Origin: an uncultured Acidobacteriota bacterium
Lineage (GTDB): Bacteria; Acidobacteriota; Vicinamibacteria; Fen-336
Reading direction: 5' to 3'
Assembly: GCA_963720545.1 (NCBI GenBank)
Contig: OY970399.1
Location: 1,568,001-1,632,000, forward strand
DNA: 64,000 nucleotides
The notes beneath the pieces were generated by a model, which searched no databases, was not told where the DNA came from, and worked only from the letters and a program-made list of their open reading frames with translations. Both the position numbers and the translations under genes were made by a program. Positions 54,236-64,000 of this stretch are shown in pieces; within the stretch, counting starts at the first letter, position 1, and the number at the start of each line of letters is the position of its first letter.

Positions 54236-55375
54236 ATGACGACGAATAGCCGCGCGGCGCTCGCACTCTTCGCCCTGCAACTTGCCGCATCCGCGGCGGC
54301 CGCGGCCGAACCGCGGGCGCGCGACCTCGGCATCCCGTTCGAGCGCTCGACTCCGGGCGCGCTGAATGCGATCACCGATGTGCCGGGCGTCGGCGTCGGC
54401 CAGGTCACGCTCATCGAAGGCACTGACGTGCGCACCGGCGTCACCGCCGTGGTGCCGCGGCTCTTCAAGGACAAGCCGCCCGCGCAATGCTTCGGCGCGT
54501 CGTTCAGCCTCAACGGCAACGGCGAGATGACCGGGCTGCCCTGGGTGGACGAGTCGGGCCTCGTCGAGGGGCCCATCCTCATCACCAACACCAACAGCGT
54601 GGGCATCGTGCGCGACGCGGTGATCAAGTACGCGGCGCGCAAGTTCGGCCCCGACGGCCTCTGGTCGCTGCCGATCGTAGCCGAGACCTGGGACGGGCCG
54701 CTCAACGACATTTACGGCCACCACGTGAAGGAAGAGCACGCGCTCATGGCCATCGACCGCGCAGCGGGCGGGCCGGTTGCCGAAGGCGCGGTCGGCGGCG
54801 GCACCGGCATGGTGTGCTACGAGTTCAAGGGCGGGATCGGCACCGCCTCGCGCATCGTCAAGGTGCGCAACGACAGCTACACCGTCGGCGTGCTGGTGCA
54901 GGCAAACTTCGGCCGCCGGCCGCAGCTGCTGATTGCCGGCATCCCCGTGGGGCTCGAGATTCCCGAGGGCGTCTTCCGCGAGAAGGAGGCGGGCTCCATC
55001 ATCATCGTGGTCGCGACCGACGCGCCGCTGCTGCCGCACCAGATGAAGCGCCTTGCGCGCCGCGCGGGCCTCGGCGTGGCGCGCACCGGCGGCGTCGCCG
55101 GCAATGGTTCGGGCGACATTTTCATCGCCTTCTCCACCGCCAACCCCAAGGCGGCCGACACCGGCGCAGTAGTGCCGCTCGAGATGCTGCCGCTCGGCGA
55201 TATGGATGGCCTGTTCGAGGCGGTCGCGAGCGCCACGCAGGAGTCGATCATGAACGCTCTGGTCGCGGGAAAAACGATGGACGGCTACAAGGGCAGCCAC
55301 ATCATCGGCCTGCCGCACGACCGCGTGGTCGAGATCCTGAAGAGGCACAATCGGCTGGCGCCGCCCCAGCCGTAA
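54236..55375 (+). CDS. P1/S58 family aminopeptidase (DmpA/BapA-like), secreted
   Basis: RARDLGI, NAITDV.GV.VG, NGNGEMTG, EGAVGGGTGM, KGGIGTASR, GNGSGD autocleavage site. Confidence 0.93.
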   Translation: MTTNSRAALALFALQLAASAAAAAEPRARDLGIPFERSTPGALNAITDVPGVGVGQVTLIEGTDVRTGVTAVVPRLFKDKPPAQCFGASFSLNGNGEMTGLPWVDESGLVEGPILITNTNSVGIVRDAVIKYAARKFGPDGLWSLPIVAETWDGPLNDIYGHHVKEEHALMAIDRAAGGPVAEGAVGGGTGMVCYEFKGGIGTASRIVKVRNDSYTVGVLVQANFGRRPQLLIAGIPVGLEIPEGVFREKEAGSIIIVVATDAPLLPHQMKRLARRAGLGVARTGGVAGNGSGDIFIAFSTANPKAADTGAVVPLEMLPLGDMDGLFEAVASATQESIMNALVAGKTMDGYKGSHIIGLPHDRVVEILKRHNRLAPPQP

Positions 55376-55406
55376 GAACCAAGGCGCAGCGGCGGGCGTC
55401 CAACCA

Positions 55407-57839
55407 ATGACCATGGCGCTCGACAACTTTCGCCGCGACCTCGCCTACGCCGCCAGGAGCCTCGCCCGCGCGCGCGGGCACAGCGCCGCCATCATCATCG
55501 TGCTCGGCCTCGGCATCGCTGCCTGCGCCGCGGTGTTCAGCGTGGTGAACGCCGTGCTCCTCAAGCCGCTACCCTACGCCGATCCCGAACGCGTGGTCGT
55601 GCTGCTGCACGGCGGCCGCAGTCCGGTGGCGCCCGCCAACTACCTCGACTGGAAGCGCGAGCTGCGAACGTTTTCGGCAGTGGGCGCGGCCGAGGTGTGG
55701 GGGCCTAGCCTGACCGGGTCCGACCATGCCGAGCGCATCAGCGCGGTGCGCGTCAGCGCCGGGCTGCTGCCGATGATCGGTGTGACCCCGCTCGTGGGCC
55801 GGCTGTTCACCGCGGACGAGGACGAGGCCGGCCGCGAGCACGTGGTGGTGCTGGAGCATTCGTTCTGGCAGAGCCGTTTCGCGTCCGACCCGGCGGTTGT
55901 CGGCCGCACCATCACCCTCGACGGCGAGGGCTACGCCGTGGTCGGCGTCGCTCCCCCCGGCTTCGGCTTTCCGCACTTCTGGGCCGACGGCGCGCAGTTG
56001 TGGAGCCCGTTGCCGCTTGCCAGCCGCGCCGGCAGCCGCCGCGGCGAGAGCCTGCGGGTGTTCGCGCGCCTCGCGCCGGGCGCGACACTGCCCCAGGCCC
56101 GCGCCGAGGTCGCGGCGGTGACCAGCCGCCTCGAGGCGCAGTTCCCGGGCACGAACCGCGACGTGCAGGTGGTGCCGGTGCTCGATATGGTCGTGGGCGA
56201 CGTGCGGCCGGCGATCCTGGTGCTGTTCGGCGCGGTCGGCTTCGTGCTGCTCATCGCCTGCGCCAACGTCGCGCACATGCTGCTGGCGCGTGCGACCGCA
56301 AGGCAGCGCGAGATGGCGATGCGCCTGGCGCTCGGCGCGAGCCGCGCGCGCCTGGTTGCGCAACTGGGCGCCGAGAGCCTGCTGCTCGCGGGCGCCGGCG
56401 GAATCCTCGGGATCGTGCTCGCACGGTTCGGCGTGCGCGCGCTCCTGGCTCTGGCACCGCCTGGCCTGCCGCGCGTCGCAGGCGTCGCGCTCGATGGCGG
56501 CGCGCTCTTCTTCACGGCCTCGGTGACGCTCGCCACCGGTATCGTGTTCGGCCTGGCGCCGGCGTTCCACGCGACCAGGCGCGACGTGACCCTGTCGCTG
56601 CGCGGCGCCCGCGGCACGACCGACGGCGCCGGGCGTGCCAGCCTGCGGGGCCTGCTGGTTGGCTCCGAGCTGGCACTGGCGGTGGTTCTCCTGATTGGCG
56701 CCGGCCTGATGGTGCGCTCCTTCGTGGCGCTGCGCGCGATCGATACCGGCTTCAACCCGCAGGGCGTGATGACGATGGTGGTCGCGACCGCGGGCAGCGG
56801 CGCCGCCGAGCCCGCACGCCGTCCGCGCTTCTTCCAGGAAGTGGTCCGCGACATTGCCGCGCTCCCGGGTGTCGAGGCGGCGAGCGCCATCAATCACTTG
56901 CCGATCGCGGGTGACGTGTGGGGATGGGCCTACCGGGTCGAGGGCCGCAACGAACCCACGCCCGACAACCAGCCGCGCGCCACCTATCGCGTGGTCCTGC
57001 CGCGCTATTTCGCGGCGATGCAGGTGCAGGTGCTGCGTGGTCGCGACCTCGACGACCGCGACGTGGCGTCGGCCCCCGGCGTGGTGGTGGTCAACGAGGC
57101 CCTGGCCGCACGCCAATGGCCGGGCGAAGACGCGGTCGGCAAGCGGATCGCCATGGCCGGCAAGGACGCACCGTGGCTCGCCGTTGTCGGCGTCGTGAAG
57201 AACACCGTGCGCGGCCGCCTGGCGGCCCCGCCCGATGACGAGGTCTACCTTCCCTACCTCCAGGCGACACCCTATCTCGAGGAACAGGATTCGCACTTCG
57301 GCTACCTGACGCTCGTGGCACGCACCAGCGGCGATACCGCGGCGCTGGCGCCGGCCATGCGCCGCGTTGTCTGGCGCCACGAGCCGAACGCGCCGGTCGC
57401 CGAGGTGGCGGCGATGGCGGCAGTCGTGAACAAGGCCACGGCCGCGCCGCGTTTCTACCTGGTGCTGCTCGGTGCCTTCTCGGCGGTCGCGCTGCTGCTC
57501 GCGGCTGTCGGCATCTACGCGGTCATGAGCTACGCGGTGGCGCGGCGCACCAACGAGATCGGCATTCGCATGGCGCTCGGCGCGGCCCGGGCGCAAGTGC
57601 TGCGGCTGGTCCTTCGCCAGGGCGCCATCGTCGGCATCGGCGGCGCCGTCGCGGGTCTCGTCGGCGCGCTTCTGCTCACCCGCCTCATGGGCTCGATGCT
57701 CTACGGCGTCGGCGCACGCGACCCGCTCACCTTCGGCGCGGTCGCGGCGCTGCTCACCGCTGTGGCTCTCGGCGCGAGCTACCTGCCGGCGCGACGCGCC
57801 GCGCGGCTCGAGCCGCTGCGCGCGCTGCGCGAGGATTAG
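55407..57839 (+). CDS. ADOP/MacB-like duplicated ABC permease
   Basis: DLAYAARSL, FSVVNAVLL.PLPY, LLIACANVA, R.RE.A.R.ALGA, duplicated second half, YLPARRA. Confidence 0.93.
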   Translation: MTMALDNFRRDLAYAARSLARARGHSAAIIIVLGLGIAACAAVFSVVNAVLLKPLPYADPERVVVLLHGGRSPVAPANYLDWKRELRTFSAVGAAEVWGPSLTGSDHAERISAVRVSAGLLPMIGVTPLVGRLFTADEDEAGREHVVVLEHSFWQSRFASDPAVVGRTITLDGEGYAVVGVAPPGFGFPHFWADGAQLWSPLPLASRAGSRRGESLRVFARLAPGATLPQARAEVAAVTSRLEAQFPGTNRDVQVVPVLDMVVGDVRPAILVLFGAVGFVLLIACANVAHMLLARATARQREMAMRLALGASRARLVAQLGAESLLLAGAGGILGIVLARFGVRALLALAPPGLPRVAGVALDGGALFFTASVTLATGIVFGLAPAFHATRRDVTLSLRGARGTTDGAGRASLRGLLVGSELALAVVLLIGAGLMVRSFVALRAIDTGFNPQGVMTMVVATAGSGAAEPARRPRFFQEVVRDIAALPGVEAASAINHLPIAGDVWGWAYRVEGRNEPTPDNQPRATYRVVLPRYFAAMQVQVLRGRDLDDRDVASAPGVVVVNEALAARQWPGEDAVGKRIAMAGKDAPWLAVVGVVKNTVRGRLAAPPDDEVYLPYLQATPYLEEQDSHFGYLTLVARTSGDTAALAPAMRRVVWRHEPNAPVAEVAAMAAVVNKATAAPRFYLVLLGAFSAVALLLAAVGIYAVMSYAVARRTNEIGIRMALGAARAQVLRLVLRQGAIVGIGGAVAGLVGALLLTRLMGSMLYGVGARDPLTFGAVAALLTAVALGASYLPARRAARLEPLRALRED

Positions 57840-57846
57840 CCGCGCC

Positions 57847-58884
57847 CTAGTGGCTGCGCTGCGACATCAGCGCGTAGCCGATCTGCTTGTAGAGGACGCG
57901 CGCGCCGACGTTGCCGTCCCACTGGTCCCGCCCCTGCGGGTCGGGTGCCACTTCATTGAGGTCGAAGCCGACGATGCGCCTGCCGCTCTCGACGATGCTG
58001 CGCAGGATCGACGACGCCTCGGAAAACGACAGGCCGCCGAGCACCGGCGTGCCGGTGTGCGGGCACAGCGCCGGATCGAGCCCGTCGATGTCGAACGACA
58101 CGTAGACGACCGAGGGCAGGTCGGCGACGATGCCGCGCGCGATGCTCGTCCAGGTGTCGCCGTCCAGCAGGCGGCGGCGCATGTCGGCATCGAAGTAGGT
58201 GCGGATCCGCCCGTGGCTCGCCTCAATGAGGTCGTTCTCCTCCTCGCAGTAGTCGCGCACGCCCACCTGCACCAGCCGCGACACCGCCGGCAGCCGCGTC
58301 GCCACGTTGTGCATGATCGAGGCGTGCGACCAGGTGAAGCCCTCGTAGGCGTTGCGCAGGTCGGCATGCGCGTCGATATGCAGGACGCCGACGCCAGGAT
58401 GGTGCTCGGCCACGGCGCGGATCGCGCCGAAGGGCGTCGAGTGGTCGCCGCCGACGATGCCGATGAGCTTGCCCTGGTCGAGCCAGTGCGCAGCCTGCTT
58501 GTAGACCCAGGCGTTCATCTGTTCGGAGAGAGCGTTCACGGCGGCCGCGGCCTTCAGCAGTTCCGGCTGGCCGGCGCCGACACCGCCGGCTTCCAGCACC
58601 GGCGCCGCGAGGCGCCGCGCCTCATCGCTCCAGGCACGCACTTCGGCCGAAATCTCCACCATTGCGATGCCGGCCTCGTAGGGCTTGCCGGTCTCGCGAT
58701 CCAGCAGGTCCACCTGGCGGCTCGCCTCGAGGATCGCCGCCGGACCATCGGCCGTGCCCGACCCGTAGGAAACCGTTGCCTCCCAGGGAACCGGGATGAG
58801 CACCACCTTCGCCTGTTCCGGGGTGAACGGCAGCCCGTAGATGCCGTCGGCTGCCGCGGCGGCGTTGGGATCGATTGCGTGCAT
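57847..58884 (-). CDS. speB: Agmatinase/ureohydrolase family protein
   Basis: GGDHS, DAHAD, SHAS, SFDIDGLDP, TGTP..GG, DLNEV. Confidence 0.88.
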   Translation of the reverse strand: MHAIDPNAAAAADGIYGLPFTPEQAKVVLIPVPWEATVSYGSGTADGPAAILEASRQVDLLDRETGKPYEAGIAMVEISAEVRAWSDEARRLAAPVLEAGGVGAGQPELLKAAAAVNALSEQMNAWVYKQAAHWLDQGKLIGIVGGDHSTPFGAIRAVAEHHPGVGVLHIDAHADLRNAYEGFTWSHASIMHNVATRLPAVSRLVQVGVRDYCEEENDLIEASHGRIRTYFDADMRRRLLDGDTWTSIARGIVADLPSVVYVSFDIDGLDPALCPHTGTPVLGGLSFSEASSILRSIVESGRRIVGFDLNEVAPDPQGRDQWDGNVGARVLYKQIGYALMSQRSH

Positions 58885-58908
58885 GTCTAGATCCTAGTTG
58901 AGGCGCGG

Positions 58909-61338
58909 CTACTGAATATAGCCGAGGGCCCGCAGGCGCTCGAGGTCCTCGCTGCTGACGGCGCCCGCGGACGCGTCGGGCTTGAGCCGCGCGGCGTTCG
59001 CCATCTTTCGCCATGCTCGCAGCTCGGCGGCAAGGCGCGCGACGATTTCGGGGTGCTGCGCAGTGAGCGGGTGCGCGTCGCGTGGATCGGCGTGGTGATC
59101 GTAGAGTTCGAACTCGGGCGCGCCGTTCGCTCGTTTGGTGTTGTGAATGAGCTTCCAGCCGTCGGCGACGATAGCGAAGGACTCCGTGTCGCGAGGTGGC
59201 GGCGCGCCCGCGAGCATCGTGGTGGCGTTCTTCTCGGAGATCGCCGGCCGCGGCAGCCAGCGGCCGGTCGATGCGTTTGCCGCACCCGGAGCGGCCAGCA
59301 ACGCGCCGAGGCTGCGGCCTTGCAGGCCAGCCGGCGCTGCCAGCCGGCTCGCCGCGAGCAGCGTCGGCATGATGTCGATCGTCTCCACCGTCTCCTCCAC
59401 CACGCGCGGCCGCACGCCGGCGCCCCAGAGAATGAGCGGCACGTTGTCGAGCTCGCCATAGACGCTCTGGCCGTGGAACATCCGGCCGTGGTCGAGAAAC
59501 TCTTCACCGTGATCGCCGGTGAAGACGAGCAGCACCTTGCGGTCGAGGCCGAGCGTCCGCAGCCTCTCGACGAGCCGCCCGATCTCGGCGTCGAGCCCGC
59601 GGATCGAGCCGTCGTACAAGTCCCGGTCGTAGCCGACATAGGCGTTGGGTTCGATCCCGGCGCGGAGCAGTTCTTCGCGGGTGGGCATCATCGCGCCCAG
59701 GTTCCGCAGCAGCGGATCGGCGATGAAGCGCTTCACGCGCACCCCGTCCTGCGCATGCTGGGGCGCGCGCGCGGCATCGGCCCACACGGTGTCATACGGC
59801 GCTTCGGGACGGTAAGGGTCGTGCGGGTCTGCCACGTGCAGGAACACGAAAAAGGGCACGTCGCGGTGCGCGCCGAGCCACGGAAGCACGCGGTCGACGT
59901 ATTCTCGCGACGTCTTGCTCGAGTCGGGATTCGGCAGCGAGCCGCTCTCGTGGACTTCCTCGAAGCCCTGGTGGAGGTTCGTGAACTTCCCGGTGAAAAG
60001 GATCGAGGAAAACGCGATGGTCGCGTAACCGGCAGCGCGATACGACTCGGCCAGAGTCTGCGCGGACGCCGGCAGGCGGTCGGCGAAGTCGAAGACGCCG
60101 TGGGAGGCGGGATACAGCGACGTCATGAGCGACGGCGTCGCCACTTTGGTCCAGCTCGCCTGGCCGATGCAGTCGCGGAACAGCGTGCCCTCCGCCGCCA
60201 GCCGGTCGATATTCGGCGAAGTCTCGCGCTTGTAGCCGTAGACGCCGAGGTGATCGCGGCGCAGCGTGTCGGCCCAGATGAGGATGACGCCCTGGGGCTG
60301 CTCGGCCGCACCCGCCGCGGCCCGCGAGCGCACAACGGGAGAGCCCCAGAAGCCGATCGTTCCCGGTTTCTCGGCAGCGAGGGCAAGAGACAGCTCCACT
60401 TCGCGCCCGGCGTAGGCCGCGAGGTCCAGCGAGATGTCCTCCCAGCGGTACGGCCGCGTCAGCGTCCGCGCAAGGAGCAACGCAGGGCCGGCGCCGCCAT
60501 CCGCGGGCGAGGCCGACAGCGAGAACGCGACCGGCCCGCCCTCCAGCGTACCGATGGCGAGGTCAAGCCAGGGGCGCGCCGGCAGCGTGACGCGCCACCG
60601 CACGGTTTCCGGCGCCCGGGCGACGACCGTCTCCCGATAGATCTCGGCGAGTCCTTGAAAGCCCACTCCCGACGGCACGGACGCAAGGTGCTCGCGGCGG
60701 AACACCAGCCGCAGGGATTCGATCTCGAACGTGGCGCCCTGCTTGTCGGTCGGCTGGATGAAGATGTGCCGCGCCCGCGACGCCTGTATCGACAGTGGCG
60801 ACGTCAGTGTGTAGGTCCGCAGCTCGTCGCCGGCGACGAGCGGCGTGGTGAAGTCGGCCGGGAAATTCCGCGCGTAGTCGAGCACCGAGTCTTTGTCGAG
60901 GCGCTCTGCCGCCGACAAGGACACCTTGAGATTGCCGCCGGCCGAAGCACGCAGCCGGACCTCGATGTGGTGCACGACATCGCTGTCGTCCAGGCCAGCC
61001 GTGCGCTCGAAATGGACGATGGGCATGTTCCCGCTCGCGCGCCCCCGGAGCCGGCCGGCGCCTATGGCAAGGTCCGCAACATCATGAAACGCCTGCCAAC
61101 CGCGGGTCGCGGCGAGCTCGGGCGGGATCCTGTCTTCGCGGCTGTCGCCGGCAAAGAGCCATTCGGTGCGCGGCGGGGGCGGGCCAGAGGGAAGCCGGTT
61201 CGACACCGCATCGGCCGTGTAGACGTCGACGAGGCGCTGCGCCGGCGGCGCCTGATGCCGTCTGCAGTTCGCGAAGCCGACCGCCAGACCGAGAACGACG
61301 ACTGCCAGCGCCAGCCTGCGCGCCGGATCTGTGCCCAT
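58909..61338 (-). CDS. Sulfatase-like hydrolase with large N-terminal beta domains
   Basis: ADTLRRDH, ASWTKVA..SLMTS, DPHDPY, TGDHGEEF, C-terminal LRALGYIQ. Confidence 0.88.
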   Translation of the reverse strand: MGTDPARRLALAVVVLGLAVGFANCRRHQAPPAQRLVDVYTADAVSNRLPSGPPPPRTEWLFAGDSREDRIPPELAATRGWQAFHDVADLAIGAGRLRGRASGNMPIVHFERTAGLDDSDVVHHIEVRLRASAGGNLKVSLSAAERLDKDSVLDYARNFPADFTTPLVAGDELRTYTLTSPLSIQASRARHIFIQPTDKQGATFEIESLRLVFRREHLASVPSGVGFQGLAEIYRETVVARAPETVRWRVTLPARPWLDLAIGTLEGGPVAFSLSASPADGGAGPALLLARTLTRPYRWEDISLDLAAYAGREVELSLALAAEKPGTIGFWGSPVVRSRAAAGAAEQPQGVILIWADTLRRDHLGVYGYKRETSPNIDRLAAEGTLFRDCIGQASWTKVATPSLMTSLYPASHGVFDFADRLPASAQTLAESYRAAGYATIAFSSILFTGKFTNLHQGFEEVHESGSLPNPDSSKTSREYVDRVLPWLGAHRDVPFFVFLHVADPHDPYRPEAPYDTVWADAARAPQHAQDGVRVKRFIADPLLRNLGAMMPTREELLRAGIEPNAYVGYDRDLYDGSIRGLDAEIGRLVERLRTLGLDRKVLLVFTGDHGEEFLDHGRMFHGQSVYGELDNVPLILWGAGVRPRVVEETVETIDIMPTLLAASRLAAPAGLQGRSLGALLAAPGAANASTGRWLPRPAISEKNATTMLAGAPPPRDTESFAIVADGWKLIHNTKRANGAPEFELYDHHADPRDAHPLTAQHPEIVARLAAELRAWRKMANAARLKPDASAGAVSSEDLERLRALGYIQ

Positions 61339-61380
61339 GGGTGCCTGTTGCGCGGCAGTCTATGGCAGCCGCGGCCGCTC

Positions 61381-61425
61381 TTGCAGTATGCATTTATCTG
61401 CAGTACTCTTGCATTTCAATGCAGT
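61381..61425 (+). promoter_or_regulatory. argR promoter with two tandem ARG boxes
   Basis: TTGCAG (61381)-N17-TACTCT (61404). Cores TGCATTTATCTGCA (61389-402) and TGCATTTCAATGCA (61410-423) start 21 bp apart, i.e. 18-bp boxes plus a 3-bp spacer. Confidence 0.85.
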
Positions 61426-61888
61426 CAAAGATCACCCGGCAGCGGGCCATCCTCGAGCTCGTGGCGCTCGGACAGGTTGCCACCCAGGCGGAGCTGAAGC
61501 TGCGCCTCAAGGAACGCGGCATCGCAGTCGACCAGGCGACCCTGTCGCGCGACGCCCGGGAGCTGAACCTCGTCAAGGTGGGCGACGCGGCGGGGGGCTA
61601 TCGCTATGCGACGGTCGAGCAGGTGTCGCACACCGCCGGCGGCAAGGCGAGCGTGGTGCTGGCGCGGCTGGTGCGCGGCGCCGACTGCTCGGGAAACGTG
61701 GTGGTGGTGCGCACCGCGGTCGGCGACGCGCAGCCGGTGGCGCTCGCCATCGACCACCTCGGCTGGCCGGAGGTCGTCGGCACCCTCGCCGGCGACGACA
61801 CCATCCTCATCGTGGTGCGCGAAGGCGTGGCGGCGCGCAAGGTCGTGAAGAAGGTTCTCGGTTTCTCGCACGGAAAGAAGGACGCGGC

Positions 61889-61892
<4 letters not shown>
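61419..61892 (+). CDS. argR: Arginine repressor
   Basis: RQ.AI, TQ.EL, QATLSRD, GTLAGDDTI. Confidence 0.96.
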
Positions 61893-63088
<1,196 letters not shown>

Positions 63089-63090
63089 GC

Positions 63091-64000
63091 ATGCCGAGCC
63101 TGCTGCGCGAGCGGTTCGCGACCGGCGCCGACCCCTTCACCGAGAGCTTCGTCGCATCGGTTGTCGACGACGCCCGCCTGGTGCGCTTCGACATCGAAGG
63201 CTCCATCGCCCATGCGGCGATGCTGGAGAAGTGCCACCTGCTGACGCGGCGCGAGGGCGCACGCCTGCGCGCCGCGCTGGCGCGCATCCTCGCCGACTGG
63301 GAGGCCGGCCGCTTCGTCCTCGACCCGGCCGACGAAGACGTGCACATGAACGTCGAGCAGCGCCTGGGCCGCTCGGTGTCGCACAAGCTGGCCGCGAAGC
63401 TGCACACGGCGCGCAGCCGCAACGATCAGGTGGCGCTCGACCTGCGCCTCTGGGTCCGGGCCGAGGGCGCGCTGCTCCAGGCTTCGGTGCGGGCGTTGCT
63501 GCGCGCGCTCACGACCCGCGCCGCGCGCGAGGCCGGCACGCTGCTGCCGGGGGTCACCCACCTGCAGCACGCGCAGGTGGTGAGCCTCGGGCACGTCCTG
63601 CTGGCCCATCACGACCGCATCGCGCGCGACCAGGCACGGCTGCGCGACGCGCTGGGCCGCGCCGAAGTGTCGCCGCTGGGCGCCGGGGCGCTCGCCGGCA
63701 CCTCGCTGCCGATCGCGCCGCGCCTCACGGCGCGCGCGCTCGGCTTCCCTGCCACCTTCACGAACTCGATCGATGCGGTCAGCGACCGCGACTTTGCCGT
63801 CGAGTTCGTCTCGGCCTGCGCGCTGCTCGCCACACATCTGTCGTCGCTGGCCGAAGACTTCATCCTCTGGTCGACACCGGAATTCGGCTTCATCGAGCTG
63901 CCCGACGCGCTCACCACCTCTTCCTCGATGCTGCCGCAGAAGAAGAACCCGGACACGGTGGAGCTGGTACGCGCCAAGGCGGCGGTGGTAACCGGCGCCC
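63091..64000 (+). CDS. argH: Argininosuccinate lyase (runs off the window; not in the ORF track)
   Basis: Manual translation from ATG 63091: ...EDVHMNVE...KLHTARSRNDQV...PGVTHLQHAQ...SPLGAGALAG...NSIDAVSDRD...SSMLPQKKNPD. Confidence 0.96.
   Translation, partial: MPSLLRERFATGADPFTESFVASVVDDARLVRFDIEGSIAHAAMLEKCHLLTRREGARLRAALARILADWEAGRFVLDPADEDVHMNVEQRLGRSVSHKLAAKLHTARSRNDQVALDLRLWVRAEGALLQASVRALLRALTTRAAREAGTLLPGVTHLQHAQVVSLGHVLLAHHDRIARDQARLRDALGRAEVSPLGAGALAGTSLPIAPRLTARALGFPATFTNSIDAVSDRDFAVEFVSACALLATHLSSLAEDFILWSTPEFGFIELPDALTTSSSMLPQKKNPDTVELVRAKAAVVTGA

Overview
A 64-kb window of very GC-rich bacterial chromosome. An ADOP-type duplicated permease, a carboxypeptidase-regulatory-domain TonB-dependent receptor, a wHTH-TolB-TPR regulator and TPR-fused sulfatase-like proteins suggest Acidobacteriota (inference). 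About 50 genes are present. In order: a cupredoxin/Cache-HAMP-Ser/Thr kinase operon, DUF1800/DUF1501, pckG, a DUF6036 nucleotidyltransferase pair, and a leucine-catabolism (liu) operon. Next is a polyamine-utilisation locus (TBDR, ALDH, three class-III aminotransferases, APC permease, Tat-exported spermidine-dehydrogenase-like flavoprotein) ending in a stand-alone A-T-TE NRPS-like enzyme with non-canonical motifs. Then come hutI/ABC/sulfatase, fumC, a translation-related cluster (dtd, yciH, type II MetAP, csp), DmpA, speB, and argR-argG-argH with tandem ARG boxes. I saw no rRNA, tRNA, CRISPR array or transposase. The most notable observations are: (1) the polyamine-catabolism/NRPS-like locus; (2) an 85-codon ORF missed by the track that has no canonical start codon, apparently begins at ACG, and is divergent from the eIF1 homologue yciH; (3) a ~125-nt four-way-junction element with two co-varying 18-bp palindromes; (4) an archaeal/eukaryotic-type MetAP2; (5) pervasive leaderless, often bidirectional, promoters. 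All calls come from reading the sequence by eye; no searches were run.
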